From assembly GCA_963691875.1 (NCBI GenBank), contig OY829846.1, positions 3,680,001 through 3,744,000 of the forward strand: 64,000 nucleotides of DNA, given 5' to 3'. The position numbers and the translations under genes are program-made. This document shows positions 32,448 to 41,464 of the stretch, piece after piece (the stretch's first letter is position 1; each line of letters starts with the position of its first letter). The notes under the pieces were generated by a model. The model saw only the letters and a program-made list of their open reading frames with translations, was not told the origin of the DNA and did no database searches. The stretch comes from Aureliella sp. (GTDB lineage: Bacteria > Planctomycetota > Planctomycetia > Pirellulales > Pirellulaceae).

Positions 32448-35400
32448 GTGATGCAACAGATTTTTCGTCTTCGCACTGCTTTGTTCCTCGCTTGTCTGCT
32501 AGTTTCCGCCTGTGCTCTTCAAGCTGCGGATCCTGAGTCCAAACGCCAACTCGAACACAAGGACTACGACGCTTGGAATTCAGTCCAAGCTTCCAGTCTT
32601 TCACCCGATGGAAAATGGCTGAGTTATAGCATTGCCCCGGCCGAGGGTGACTCCAAGCTGTTCATTCGTCAGATTGACTCGACCAAGGAGTATTCAGTGC
32701 TCCGCGGCGGCAGTGCTCGCTTCACCTACGACAGTAAGAAAGTTCTCTACACCGTTCGCCCCGACTCGAAGCTGATCGAGAAACTGCGGAAAGAAAAAAG
32801 CGGCGGTCCAATGCCAACCAGCCACCTTGAGATTCTCGATCTGACCACTGGCGACGTCGAGACAATTGACGGAGTCAATAGCTACACACTCCCAGACGAA
32901 AGCGGCGATTGGGTAGCCTTTCAATTGTCTTCGGACGCGAGCAAAAAAGTGCAGTCCGGTAGCGCGGCGCTGAACGAGACATTCCAGATTTCGGCTGAGG
33001 GAATCAATCGCCAACCGAAGAAACTCGAGTACCGCAAACCCAAGTCCAAGCCAGCTCCGAAATCGGAAAAGCCAGCTCCACCTAAGAAAGGCAAGAAGAA
33101 GGCTACTGGAAAGAAACCAACGGAGACCAAGCCACCTGCCAACAAGAAGACCAAACCAGTAGGACGCATGCTGGTCCTGCGAAGTCTCAAGACGGGAGTC
33201 GAGAGACGTGTTCCAGCCGTTAATGGTTATCGCTTCAATGAATCCGGAACCATGCTAACCTATCGCACTTCTGTCTCCAAGAACACGGACGCATCAGAAG
33301 AAGGCGTCTTTATCATGGATTTAGGAAAAATGACGACCGCGTCGATTCTCTCCGGCCGTGGCGAATACGGTTCCGCAGTGTTCAGCAAAGACGGAACGCA
33401 ACTCGTCTTCTTGTCCAACGTCGATGACTATGCATCGGAAGAACCAAAGTGGTCGGTCTATCACTGGAGAAAGGGGGCGAAGGCGGCCAAGGCGGTACTC
33501 ACTGCAGAGGCCAAGGGATTTCCAGCCGGCATGGTAATCTCTAGTTCGTCGACACCGTTGTTTTTAGAGCACGGAAAACGCATTTCGCTCCAGCTGAAAC
33601 CTGCACCTGAAAAGAAGGACGACAAGAAAGAAGACGATGACAAGGCCGTGCTCGACATCTGGCACTGGCAAGATCCTTTCCTGCAGCCGCAACAAAAGCT
33701 TCGAGCTTCAGCTGAACGCAATCGTACCTACCGCGGAATTGTAGAGTTGGGTAAGAGCAAGTCGCGGTTCATTGAGATCGAAACGAAAGACATTCCAGAT
33801 AGCTCCGTCGATCTGCGCAGCGACTCCAACTTGGTTCTGCTCACTTCCTCGCGGAAGTACGACAAAATGCTGTCCTGGGACATCCAAGGTTTCTCAGACT
33901 GGTACATCGTCGACCTGAAGTCAGGCAAACGCCGCATGGTGGCCGAAAAGAAACGCGGGCGCCCAAGTCTTTCCACAGATGGAAACTTTATTTACTGGTG
34001 GGACGGAGAAGCCAAGACTTGGTACTGCATGTCCTCGAAAGAAACGGATGCGGAGCCAATCGATCTTGGCGCGTCGATCCCTTTTCCACTGCACAACGAA
34101 TTGCATGACCAACCCTCGCTACCGAGCTCATACGGGCTGGTTGGTTGGACCGAAGACGATAAGGCGGCCATCCTTTACGATCGTTGGGATATGTGGAAAG
34201 TGGATCCGACTGGCAAGGAGAAAGCCGTCTCGATCACGAATCAACAAGGGCGCGAAACGCAGGTCGCTTACCGTGCTGTTCGGCTCGACCGTGAACAGCG
34301 CTACATCGACCTTAAACAAACTTCTTACCTGTCCCTGCTTGACCACAAGACAAAAGCAACGGGCTATGCGAAATGGGAAAGCAAGACTGAAGAGGAGAAA
34401 ACCAGCTTCTCAATTACTTCTCTGATCAAGCTTGACGAGGCTGTGGGAGGTCTACGTAAAGCGAAGCTTTCAGATCGCGTGATTTTTACTCGCTCCACAT
34501 TCCAGCGCTATCCTGACCTGTGGTCAAGTACATTGGCCTTCAAGACGACCAAGCGCTTGACGAAGGCCAATCCACAACAGGACGATTTCTACTGGGGCTC
34601 CGCCGAGCTGGTTCAGTGGAAAGCAAAGGATGGGCAGGAGCTCGATGGCATTCTTTACAAGCCTGAGAATTTCTCGCCAGATAAGAAGTACCCACTGATG
34701 GTTTACTTCTACGAGCGAAACTCCGACAACTTGCACCGATATTATTCTCCAGCTGCGGGTCGTTCGATCATCAACTTCAGCTTCTACGTCAGTCGCGGTT
34801 ACGTGGTCTTCGTACCAGATATTCCTTACAAGGTCGGCGAGCCTGGCCCGAGTGCCGCAAACGCAATTCTGCCTGGTGTCGATCACGTTGTTGAGCAAGG
34901 CTATATCGACGAAGAGCGGATTGGCATGCAGGGCCACAGCTGGGGTGGATACCAAACAGCCTATCTCGTGACAGTCACCAATCGCTTTGCCTGTGCCGAG
35001 TCTGGTGCACCGGTCAGCAACATGACCAGCGCCTATGGTGGCATTCGCTGGGGAACCGGCATGAGCCGTATGTTCCAGTACGAGAAGACCCAGAGTCGGA
35101 TTGGCGGCACTTTGTGGGAAGCTCGTGACAAGTACATCATGAACTCGCCACTGTTTGCTGCCGACAAGGTCGAAACACCGCTGCTGATCCTGCACAACGA
35201 CAAGGACACGGCAGTACCTTGGTATCAAGGCATCGAGCTATTCGTGGCACTGCGTCGACTAGAAAAACCAGCTTGGATGCTCAACTACAACGACGATCCA
35301 CACTGGGTGATGTCCGACGCCAATCGCATGGACTTTGCCAAACGCATGCAGCAATTCTTCGATCACTACCTCAAGGGTGATCCAATGCCTGTTTGGATGG

Positions 35401-35468
35401 CCGAAGGCGTTCCAGCCGTCGATAAAGGCAAGGCATTCGGCTTCGAGTACGTCCGACCGAAGAAATAG
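32448..35468 (+). CDS. Secreted S9 (prolyl oligopeptidase) family serine peptidase
   Basis: Signal peptide, propeller region, GHSWGGY nucleophile motif, HNDKDTAVPWYQ, C-terminal H...FFDHYLK. Confidence 0.93.
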   Translation: MMQQIFRLRTALFLACLLVSACALQAADPESKRQLEHKDYDAWNSVQASSLSPDGKWLSYSIAPAEGDSKLFIRQIDSTKEYSVLRGGSARFTYDSKKVLYTVRPDSKLIEKLRKEKSGGPMPTSHLEILDLTTGDVETIDGVNSYTLPDESGDWVAFQLSSDASKKVQSGSAALNETFQISAEGINRQPKKLEYRKPKSKPAPKSEKPAPPKKGKKKATGKKPTETKPPANKKTKPVGRMLVLRSLKTGVERRVPAVNGYRFNESGTMLTYRTSVSKNTDASEEGVFIMDLGKMTTASILSGRGEYGSAVFSKDGTQLVFLSNVDDYASEEPKWSVYHWRKGAKAAKAVLTAEAKGFPAGMVISSSSTPLFLEHGKRISLQLKPAPEKKDDKKEDDDKAVLDIWHWQDPFLQPQQKLRASAERNRTYRGIVELGKSKSRFIEIETKDIPDSSVDLRSDSNLVLLTSSRKYDKMLSWDIQGFSDWYIVDLKSGKRRMVAEKKRGRPSLSTDGNFIYWWDGEAKTWYCMSSKETDAEPIDLGASIPFPLHNELHDQPSLPSSYGLVGWTEDDKAAILYDRWDMWKVDPTGKEKAVSITNQQGRETQVAYRAVRLDREQRYIDLKQTSYLSLLDHKTKATGYAKWESKTEEEKTSFSITSLIKLDEAVGGLRKAKLSDRVIFTRSTFQRYPDLWSSTLAFKTTKRLTKANPQQDDFYWGSAELVQWKAKDGQELDGILYKPENFSPDKKYPLMVYFYERNSDNLHRYYSPAAGRSIINFSFYVSRGYVVFVPDIPYKVGEPGPSAANAILPGVDHVVEQGYIDEERIGMQGHSWGGYQTAYLVTVTNRFACAESGAPVSNMTSAYGGIRWGTGMSRMFQYEKTQSRIGGTLWEARDKYIMNSPLFAADKVETPLLILHNDKDTAVPWYQGIELFVALRRLEKPAWMLNYNDDPHWVMSDANRMDFAKRMQQFFDHYLKGDPMPVWMAEGVPAVDKGKAFGFEYVRPKK

Positions 35469-35596
35469 ACCGCTGCGAACAGGAATTTGCCTGTCGGATC
35501 GAGCGCTCGCTTACACATTGGATGAAGCAATGCCGCTAGAGGCTCTGCTGGGTGAATTCCAGGAATTAAGCAGTTGGATTAGGCCTTCACACCGGC

Positions 35597-35877
35597 CTAT
35601 TCAAACAACTCCAGTACCTCGGCGCCAGTCATACCGACTCTCGCGTAGAGCTCGGCTGCAAGTGAGCTCACTGCTTGAACCTTGGCGACGAGCATGCTTG
35701 GTAGCTGTCGACGCCACGAACGACAGCGCCTGCGTCACCGTTGCGTTCAAACGAGTCCAGACTGAGATAGCCACAAGTCAAACAACCTTTGCTACCAGAA
35801 ATGACAAGCAATGGACGTGCTAGCTGATGCCGCGTTTTTTCGAACTTGGTCAGATCGATCTGAGGCTGGTCTTTCAT
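35597..35877 (-). pseudogene. YunC/DUF1805 family gene with a 1-nt frameshift
   Basis: PLLVISGSKGCLTCGYL...AVVRGVDSY, continuing in another frame as MLVAKVQAVSSLAAELYARVGMTGAEVLELFE* (TAG 35597-35599). Confidence 0.8.
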
Positions 35878-36059
35878 GAAGTACGCTCGCTTTGGTAGTG
35901 GACGAGGTTCCGCTTCTGGGAGCAGAGCCCATTTTTTTGGCGCCGCGCTCTGTCCCGCCGGCCCCGTCGACTGGGCGCTAAACGATGGAATCGCTTGCTC
36001 TGTCGCAACAGAACTGCTCCGCTGCAGCCTACAGATAAAATGGGGGACAGAAGCAAGAA

Positions 36060-36467
36060 CTAATCTCTTTGCTGGCTAAGATGCCCGACACTAGTTTGGA
36101 AGTACTTACGGCGGCGTGTCTGGGTTGACTCTTGCTTTTCAGTTCGCTGAGCCTGTAAGTCTTCCAAGTTTGCTTTGCACAAGCGACAGCCAATCGTTTC
36201 GAGATGAAAGCGAATGTAATCTTCGGTCTCAGGATCAATCGCCCCCAGGAGGAAGCTACCAAGCTGCTCACGCGAAGGACAACTGAGACGATTGCGACGC
36301 CAGATCTCGCCGATACCATGGACGCCCGCTTCGCGCATTCCGGCAACTTGTACTAACCGCTCGCGCAAGCCTTCCTCGCCACGCAGATCCCGTTCAATGG
36401 AAGCCATGACCTCAGGCGGTAAAGATTCGTCAAGGTAAGCCTGAAGTTGCTGATCAGAATAATTCAC
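36060..36467 (-). CDS. Putative zinc-binding anti-sigma-like protein
   Basis: LQAYLDESLP..., CPSREQLGSFLLG, FHLETIGCRLC (zf-HC2-like). Confidence 0.7.
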   Translation of the reverse strand: MNYSDQQLQAYLDESLPPEVMASIERDLRGEEGLRERLVQVAGMREAGVHGIGEIWRRNRLSCPSREQLGSFLLGAIDPETEDYIRFHLETIGCRLCKANLEDLQAQRTEKQESTQTRRRKYFQTSVGHLSQQRD

Positions 36468-36685
36468 TCAAACTCTCGCGGAACAGTCTTGGTTTTAACT
36501 AGGAATACAAGTCACTCGTTTAACGCCCAGTCGGTGTCTGCGGCTCACGCGATATTTATCGACGTCGCCGTGACCGCGTAAGCAGCCGGGCTGCCGAAGA
36601 TCGGAAATGTGGAAGCAGTGAGTTTAGAAAGCTAAAAGCCCGGCTCACGTAACCCATCGCCACATGCTTGTGTCGAAACTTCATT

Positions 36686-37372
36686 CTACTCTACGTGTAC
36701 GACTTCTTCGTAGGGCTGGACGACAACAAATCCGTCGCCGGCAAATTCCATTTGAATCGACTCGCCGCTCCCACGACCAAAGAAGCTTTTGAGCGAAACA
36801 TCGGTCTTAAATTCGGGCTGCAAGTTGCCAGACCAAGCGATCGTCGCGTTCGGGTCGGTCCGGACCGGTTGCCCCGGGGTAACCCGTAAGGTAATGGGTT
36901 CAAAGTGGGAGGTGATCGCGATCATGCCGTGACCGGAAAGCCGCACGTTGAAAAATCCCGAGGCGACTAGTGCAGCAAGCTTTTTCATCATCTTGATTTC
37001 CCAGTCGATCGTCGGCTCAAGAGCTAGTAAGTCACTTCCGTTGACGATGATCGATTCGCCTTGAAGCTTCAGGATTTTGATCGTCTTACCAGAATCGGCC
37101 AAGTATAGACGGCCCTTGCCTTCGGCCTTGGTGAGCTTCGCACCCTCGCCGGTAACACTACGTTTCAACAAGGTTCCTAGGCCCTTGTCCAGCAAGCCTT
37201 CGCGAGTGAACTTCATCTGGCCAACATAGGCTACCATCGCACCTGCCTTCATCCAGACCAATCCGTCTAGATTGACCTCCAGCATGCGGTCACTTTCCAA
37301 AGTGAAATAGTCGTCGGCACTAGAGTCCTGGGCAGTCTGCTGAACAAACTCTTCGATAGTGAATCTAGACAT
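36686..37372 (-). CDS. AIM24 family protein
   Basis: KAGAMVAYVG, TGEG, GRLYLAD, TDPNATIAWSG, GRGSGESIQM.F.GDGFVVVQPYE. Confidence 0.9.
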   Translation of the reverse strand: MSRFTIEEFVQQTAQDSSADDYFTLESDRMLEVNLDGLVWMKAGAMVAYVGQMKFTREGLLDKGLGTLLKRSVTGEGAKLTKAEGKGRLYLADSGKTIKILKLQGESIIVNGSDLLALEPTIDWEIKMMKKLAALVASGFFNVRLSGHGMIAITSHFEPITLRVTPGQPVRTDPNATIAWSGNLQPEFKTDVSLKSFFGRGSGESIQMEFAGDGFVVVQPYEEVVHVE

Positions 37373-37724
37373 CTTCTTGACTTTCGTGGGCTAGTGAGGT
37401 TTCAGGATGACTCGAAGGTGCGGCGAGATTTTCTACTTAATCTACTTTATCGAAAGCGCCGCGCCTCTATCTCAAGCTTCATATGCCTGTATACGAAAAG
37501 GACCATTTTACCCAAAGAACGTAAACTGGCTGGTATTTCTCGGCCGGGTGGAACGCGGGTAGGCAAAAAAAACTACGCAGTCGAAAGAGTGAGCTCGCAA
37601 CCCTGCCATGTGTTCGGGCCGCTAAAACCTAGCTTCCAACTAGATCGCGTCTAGCTCTCTGACCGCTACAACGGCCGCACCAATTCAGCTTTGAGGCGCG
37701 CGGCCGAGAAAGAGCTGGCGTATC

Positions 37725-38426
37725 TCATGCTTTGGAGACGTAGGCCGCAAGTGCAAAACCAGCCATCATGATGATCCAAACGAAGTCAAGAAAGTGCCAG
37801 TAGAGGGCGCAGAATCGAACCGCAAAGTGTCGCTCATGGTCGTACTTGTTACGCCGAAGACCTATGATCACCGTCGCCATGCCAGCTACCCCACCAACCA
37901 CGTGCAAGGCATGAATCACGACCAGAAAGAATGTAAGTCCGTACAAGCTCTTCATCGCCGGACCTGGCTTCTGCATCTGCTCGACCATATTAATGAGCCC
38001 GATGCTCTGCAGTGCGAAAAAGACCCCAGCCAAAATCGCCGCGATTATCACGTATCGCCCAAAGTCTACGCGGGCTTCTCTACGAATCGCACCGACAGAC
38101 AGATGCAACAAGATGCTGATCGCGATCAGGTTGACAGTAGTTAGCAAGAAGTTCCGCGGAAGGTAAAAAGGCTGTATGCCACTATTCTCCTCTTCCACCA
38201 GCGGAGCAACTCGTAGCATGACATAGATCGCATACAAAATCATGCAAGAGACGAAAAAGACTGCCAGCGAAACAAGGAACAACCAAGCTCCTTGCATCAG
38301 CCGCCGGTCTTCTTCAACAGGTTGGATTGGTAGGTTCAAAATTTCTCTTTTCAGCTCGACGAAAGTTCTTAGGAGTTTCGCCACGGTTTTACAGTGTTTT
38401 TGGGAGTAGTCTGCGTACTTAGGCAT
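37725..38426 (-). CDS. Cytochrome c oxidase subunit III family protein
   Basis: WLFLVSLAVFF, YGLTFFLVVIHALHVVGG, LYWHFLDFVW. Confidence 0.88.
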   Translation of the reverse strand: MPKYADYSQKHCKTVAKLLRTFVELKREILNLPIQPVEEDRRLMQGAWLFLVSLAVFFVSCMILYAIYVMLRVAPLVEEENSGIQPFYLPRNFLLTTVNLIAISILLHLSVGAIRREARVDFGRYVIIAAILAGVFFALQSIGLINMVEQMQKPGPAMKSLYGLTFFLVVIHALHVVGGVAGMATVIIGLRRNKYDHERHFAVRFCALYWHFLDFVWIIMMAGFALAAYVSKA

Positions 38427-39696
38427 AGGGGTGATCGGCTCGTATCCACAAGCCCAACCCCGGATCGCTCACAAAGTAAAACTCTTCGCCGAGTTCATCG
38501 GTGTGCCAACCATTCGCTAGGCCTTCAACTCGATACTGTGCTTGCAACTGTTGCCAGTCACCGTACTGATAACCGACCGACTCGATTTCGTCCTGCAACA
38601 ATTCGCCGGGGGCATACAAAATCTCGAATCGCCCCTCCGAGGTTCCGTGGATCAAATGTGCTGCCGCACCCAAGTTGTCTTGCAAGTCCTCATTCTCCGC
38701 AACCAGCTCTAGCACTTCGCTAGTCTTACGGTAGCCGTATTTGCGGATCACTCTGTCGACAACCGCACTTTCCCCAAAACTCTTCACACCCGGGGCGATG
38801 ATCACAAGTCGTCCGCCGTCGCCGATTAGCATGCGAGTCCGGTAGATCGCTTTGTTCGCGAGCCAGGTACGCTTGTACTTTTTCGGGTCCATCGTCACTA
38901 CTACAGTTTTCGGCGTTCGCTCCACGACAAATCGATTTACCTTGGCGGAGAGCTCGCCTGCTGCGAAGAAGACTTCGTGAGAATCGCCTACGTAAATTCC
39001 GCGGACGACTTTACGAGCATCGGGCAAGGACTCGACGACTGTCAGAACGTACATCAGCGGCATGGATCCGCAAAACCGATCTTGTGCTTCATTCAGAATC
39101 CGACGGAGTGGCGTGTCGCAGCGTCCCATCGTGCGTTCCATACCATAGAGCGCACTCAAGTAGTGGCTCTCGTTGATCCCTTTGTCACCACCAGTACCGA
39201 CAAAAATGTTCTTGTTGTAGTTGGCCATTCCTACGACTTCGTGCGGAACAACTTGGCCCAGCGACAGGATCAGGTCGTGTCCGCCTTCGACTAACAACTT
39301 GTTGACTTGTGAAGTCCAAGGCTGATCGTAGATGCCTTCTGTAGCTTCACGAACAAAATCGGCGTCCACATCTCCCAAAGTGTGTACGTCGTTCTTCCAG
39401 TCGTGAATCCGAATCAGTTCACGCGGCAGGTCGCCGAACATGTACTGCAGTTCGTCTTCCGTCATCGGTGCGTGAGTGCCGAGAGCAGGCATTACGTCGG
39501 TTAGTCGCTCACCTAACATGTCGTGGGCCAGGCAGGTCAGCTCGCCTGCTCTACTGTCGCTGCGCGTATGGTCAGGTGGCAAAGCCAGGACGCGCTCGGG
39601 CGATCCCGCTGCATCAAAGGCCGCTTGGAGTGCTTCGCGAAAGTCCTGCTCTCCAAGCTCCGAGTGTTCGTCGCCCCGACTGAAGTAAATGCTCAT
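38419..39696 (-). CDS. Lactate racemase (LarA/DUF2088) domain protein
   Basis: PPDHTR, PALGTHAPMT, VVPHEVVGMANYNK, NKAIYRTRM, IIAPGV. Confidence 0.85.
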   Translation of the reverse strand: MSIYFSRGDEHSELGEQDFREALQAAFDAAGSPERVLALPPDHTRSDSRAGELTCLAHDMLGERLTDVMPALGTHAPMTEDELQYMFGDLPRELIRIHDWKNDVHTLGDVDADFVREATEGIYDQPWTSQVNKLLVEGGHDLILSLGQVVPHEVVGMANYNKNIFVGTGGDKGINESHYLSALYGMERTMGRCDTPLRRILNEAQDRFCGSMPLMYVLTVVESLPDARKVVRGIYVGDSHEVFFAAGELSAKVNRFVVERTPKTVVVTMDPKKYKRTWLANKAIYRTRMLIGDGGRLVIIAPGVKSFGESAVVDRVIRKYGYRKTSEVLELVAENEDLQDNLGAAAHLIHGTSEGRFEILYAPGELLQDEIESVGYQYGDWQQLQAQYRVEGLANGWHTDELGEEFYFVSDPGLGLWIRADHPYA

Positions 39697-39934
39697 CGTG
39701 TCTTCTTCGAAGTTTCTATATTATTTCGTTGTTATTCTTGTAGCCGAGATCTGCTCGCTCAACACGATTCTAGTCTGAGGCCCCCCTTTCTGGCAGAAGG
39801 CTATTAAAGCCGTCAAAACACTAGGTAGACGATTCTGCCAATGCACTCAGCGAAGTGGTGCTCGTTTATCCTAGCCGCAATGGACTGTCCGAGGCACGAA
39901 GCATAGCACGAGCGGTTTCAGTGTTGAGATGTGC

Positions 39935-41359
39935 TCAGGGAACGCGCAGGATCAAGTTTCGGATCTCGGTCATATCTTCCATGGCGAAACGGATACCCTC
40001 GCGACCGAGGCCGCTGTCTTTGACTCCACCATAAGGCATGTTGTCGACGCGCCAGGATGGCACATCGCCGATGACCACACCGCCGACGTTTAGCTTGTCC
40101 CAGGCAAGATGGGCTTTATAGATGTCGCGCGTGAAGATGCCGGCTTGTAAGCCAAAAATGCTGTCATTGACCTCGTCGAGCGCTGATTCGAAGTCGGAAA
40201 AAGTGCTTAGGACAGCCACAGGTCCAAAGGCTTCTTGAGTGCACACATCCTGATCCTTAGGGACATTCTCGAGCAAAGTCGCTTCCAGCATCGCACCCTC
40301 GCGCCTACCGCCGCAAAGGAGTGTTCCGCCTGCCGCCATAGCGGATTGGATCCACAGCTCAAGGCGAGTCGCTTCCTTTTCCGAGATCATGGGCCCGATA
40401 AAGGTTGATTCTTCTTGAGGATCGCCCGACACCAAAGCAGCTGCCTTCTCGACCAAACGCTGGCGGCATTCATCGTAGATACCTTGATGCACCATGATCC
40501 GCTGCACGCCGATACAGCTTTGCCCTGACTGATAAAACGCCCCGAAAATGATCCGCTGAATAGCGTCCTCTAAGTCCGCATCCTGATCGACGATACAAGC
40601 GGCGTTGCCGCCGAGTTCCAAAACCACTTTCTTTTTTCCAGCTCTTGATTTCAGATCCCAGCCAACTCTAGAGGAGCCCGTAAAACTTAGCAGTTTCAGC
40701 CTTTCGTCCGTCGTAAACAAATCCGCACCGTCACGCGAACAGGGCAAGATCGAGAACGCTCCGTCGGGTAGACCTGTTTCCGCCAAGACCTCGCCGATGA
40801 TCAAAGCACCCAGCGGAGTACGACTTGCCGGCTTCAACACAAAAGGACAGCCGACGGCAATTGCCGGTGCGACCTTGTGCGCTGCCAGATTCAGCGGGAA
40901 GTTGAAGGGACTGATGAAGGAGCATGGACCGATCGGTACGCGTTTCCAGGTCCCACGATAACCCTTGGCACGAGCAGAGATCTCCAAGTTTTGCACCTCG
41001 CCATGCATGCGGACCGATTCTTCAGCTGCGATGCGAAAAGTGTCGATCAGGCGAGAAACCTCGCCCCGCGAGTCCTTGATGGGCTTGCCCGCTTCGATGC
41101 AAAGAGACATCGCGAGCTCGTCGAATCGCTCTCGAAAGCGCTGAACGCAATGATCGAGCACGGCTTGTCGCTCATAAGGCGGCATTGCTGCCATGGCGGG
41201 TGCGGCAGCGTCTGCGGCGGCGATACCCGCATCGATCGCCGCAGCGTCGGCCAATGCAACTCTGAAAGCAACTTCACTCGTAAACTTGTCAGTGACTTCA
41301 AGATCTAAGTTCGGTTGCTGGGCCCGACTCGCGAGAAAGTAAGGCCATTCTGCTTGCAT
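39935..41359 (-). CDS. NAD(P)-dependent aldehyde dehydrogenase
   Basis: ISPFNFPLNL, LKPAS, SFTGS, LELGGN, GQSCI, EAFGPV, PYGGVKDSGLGREG. Confidence 0.95.
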   Translation of the reverse strand: MQAEWPYFLASRAQQPNLDLEVTDKFTSEVAFRVALADAAAIDAGIAAADAAAPAMAAMPPYERQAVLDHCVQRFRERFDELAMSLCIEAGKPIKDSRGEVSRLIDTFRIAAEESVRMHGEVQNLEISARAKGYRGTWKRVPIGPCSFISPFNFPLNLAAHKVAPAIAVGCPFVLKPASRTPLGALIIGEVLAETGLPDGAFSILPCSRDGADLFTTDERLKLLSFTGSSRVGWDLKSRAGKKKVVLELGGNAACIVDQDADLEDAIQRIIFGAFYQSGQSCIGVQRIMVHQGIYDECRQRLVEKAAALVSGDPQEESTFIGPMISEKEATRLELWIQSAMAAGGTLLCGGRREGAMLEATLLENVPKDQDVCTQEAFGPVAVLSTFSDFESALDEVNDSIFGLQAGIFTRDIYKAHLAWDKLNVGGVVIGDVPSWRVDNMPYGGVKDSGLGREGIRFAMEDMTEIRNLILRVP

Positions 41360-41371
41360 GTTTGCCTCGCT

Positions 41372-41421
41372 ATAGTGGGACTTGCCAGAATTCCTTCGCC
41401 GGAAGTGGCGTGATTCGCTAC
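41372..41421. repeat. GTAG-class REP-like palindromic pair
   Basis: ATAGTGGGACTTGCCAGAATTCC ... GGAAGTGGCGTGATTCGCTAC. The 20-mer TTGCCAGAATTCCYTCGCCG also occurs at about 20075. Confidence 0.65.
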
Positions 41422-41464
41422 TCGGTCTCTAGTTGGTCAGTGCCACTCGGGTTTGTTGAGTTGC

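Noticed and set aside
35874..36056. 60-aa ORF overlapping the yunC start (ATGA)
   Set aside because: No RBS or family motif, and an Arg-rich composition typical of spurious frames.
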